Both the position numbers and the translations under genes were made by a program. 64,000 bases of DNA, taken from positions 1,286-65,285 of the forward strand of contig CAZDGL010000001.1 in assembly GCA_964505155.1 (NCBI GenBank), read 5' to 3'. Below, piece after piece: positions 63,553-64,000 of this stretch (positions are counted from its first letter, which is position 1; each line of letters begins with the position of its first letter). The notes beneath the pieces were generated by a model. It saw only the letters and a program-made list of their open reading frames with translations. It ran no database searches and had not been told where the DNA came from. This stretch comes from an uncultured Candidatus Saccharibacteria bacterium. GTDB lineage: Bacteria > Patescibacteriota > Minisyncoccia > Phycocordibacterales > UBA9973.

Positions 63553-64000
63553 TTAGAAGTTGTTTCGAGATCCCACCGCTTCATCGAAGGTGACACCGAG
63601 GTTCACCGCAATGAAGTTCAACTTGATATAGTTGATTGAGTATGCAGGCTTAATGTAAATATCTGCCACAAACTCGTTACGCTGGATGACTGCAGGAGTA
63701 TTGTTGCTTTCATCGCAGACGATTCGGTAGTCGGTTAGACCGCGACGACCCTTGACATCTCTCAAGAATGGTTCTACCAATGCCACGAACTGGCTTCTGG
63801 TGAATCTATCGTTGATCTCGAATAGAGAGTAACGTGCTGCCTTGGAGATAGACTTTCTGAGAACAATGAACAGTCTTCGAACATTGATTCTGTCGAAAGC
63901 AGAAGGCTTAACCAACATGGTCTTGTCACCATATAGGACCGTGCCTTCACCCGGAAATGTTACTACCGGATTGACACCCTTCTTATAAAGCTCGTCACGT
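63553..64000 (-). CDS. 18: tail sheath protein gp18, C-terminal part (continues beyond window end)
   Basis: TRSQFVALVEPFLRDVKGRRGLTDYRIVCDESNNTP collinear with T4 gp18 TRSQFVRLVNPVLEDIRRRRGLYDFRVVCDTSNNTP. Confidence 0.8.
   Translation of the reverse strand, partial: RDELYKKGVNPVVTFPGEGTVLYGDKTMLVKPSAFDRINVRRLFIVLRKSISKAARYSLFEINDRFTRSQFVALVEPFLRDVKGRRGLTDYRIVCDESNNTPAVIQRNEFVADIYIKPAYSINYIKLNFIAVNLGVTFDEAVGSRNNF

Noticed and set aside
1-64000. CRISPR array, integrase/excisionase, repressor-type lysogeny module, retron or reverse transcriptase
   Set aside because: No direct-repeat/spacer periodicity seen and no ORF with tyrosine/serine recombinase or RT motifs; content is that of a virulent T4-like phage.

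Overview
The window is a 64 kb segment of a T4-like (Tevenvirinae-type) myovirus, and almost every gene is on the minus strand. It contains the replication and recombination core (gp43 DNA polymerase, clamp gp45, clamp loader gp44/gp62, RegA, gp46/gp47 nuclease, UvsW, UvsY, late sigma gp55). It also contains a morphogenesis block (tail sheath gp18 partial, tube gp19, portal gp20, prohead core proteins, protease gp21, scaffold gp22, major capsid gp23). Between these are large accessory insertions. There are 10 tRNA genes plus one aberrant tRNA-like gene, and a PTH2 peptidyl-tRNA hydrolase. There are at least 12 homing-endonuclease genes (7 GIY-YIG/Seg-like, 5 HNH), including three paralogous GIY-YIG genes, each immediately 3' of a tRNA and behind a covarying hairpin. 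An island of about 11.5 kb encodes nucleotide-sugar and glycosyltransferase enzymes, including a GT10 fucosyltransferase. Other accessory genes are a PPP phosphatase / SPFH (band-7) operon, a MotA/TolQ-like membrane trio, two paralogous CcrM-like DNA methyltransferases flanking gene 46, and dUTPase plus a MazG-like NTP-PPase. Several GC-rich promoter-ORF-terminator cassettes use consensus sigma70 promoters (TTGACA-N17-TAGATT). Late-promoter-like motifs in this phage look like (C/A)TAAATA. Several clues point to an alphaproteobacterial host: a tRNA-His with no G-1, G1:U72 and A73, CcrM-like methyltransferases, a DUF1127 protein, and high-GC host-like cassettes in a genome of roughly 40% GC. Gene 47 appears to need a +1 frameshift, or carries a homopolymer sequencing error. 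I found no CRISPR array, integrase or lysogeny module. All calls are from sequence reading and motif recognition only; no searches were run.
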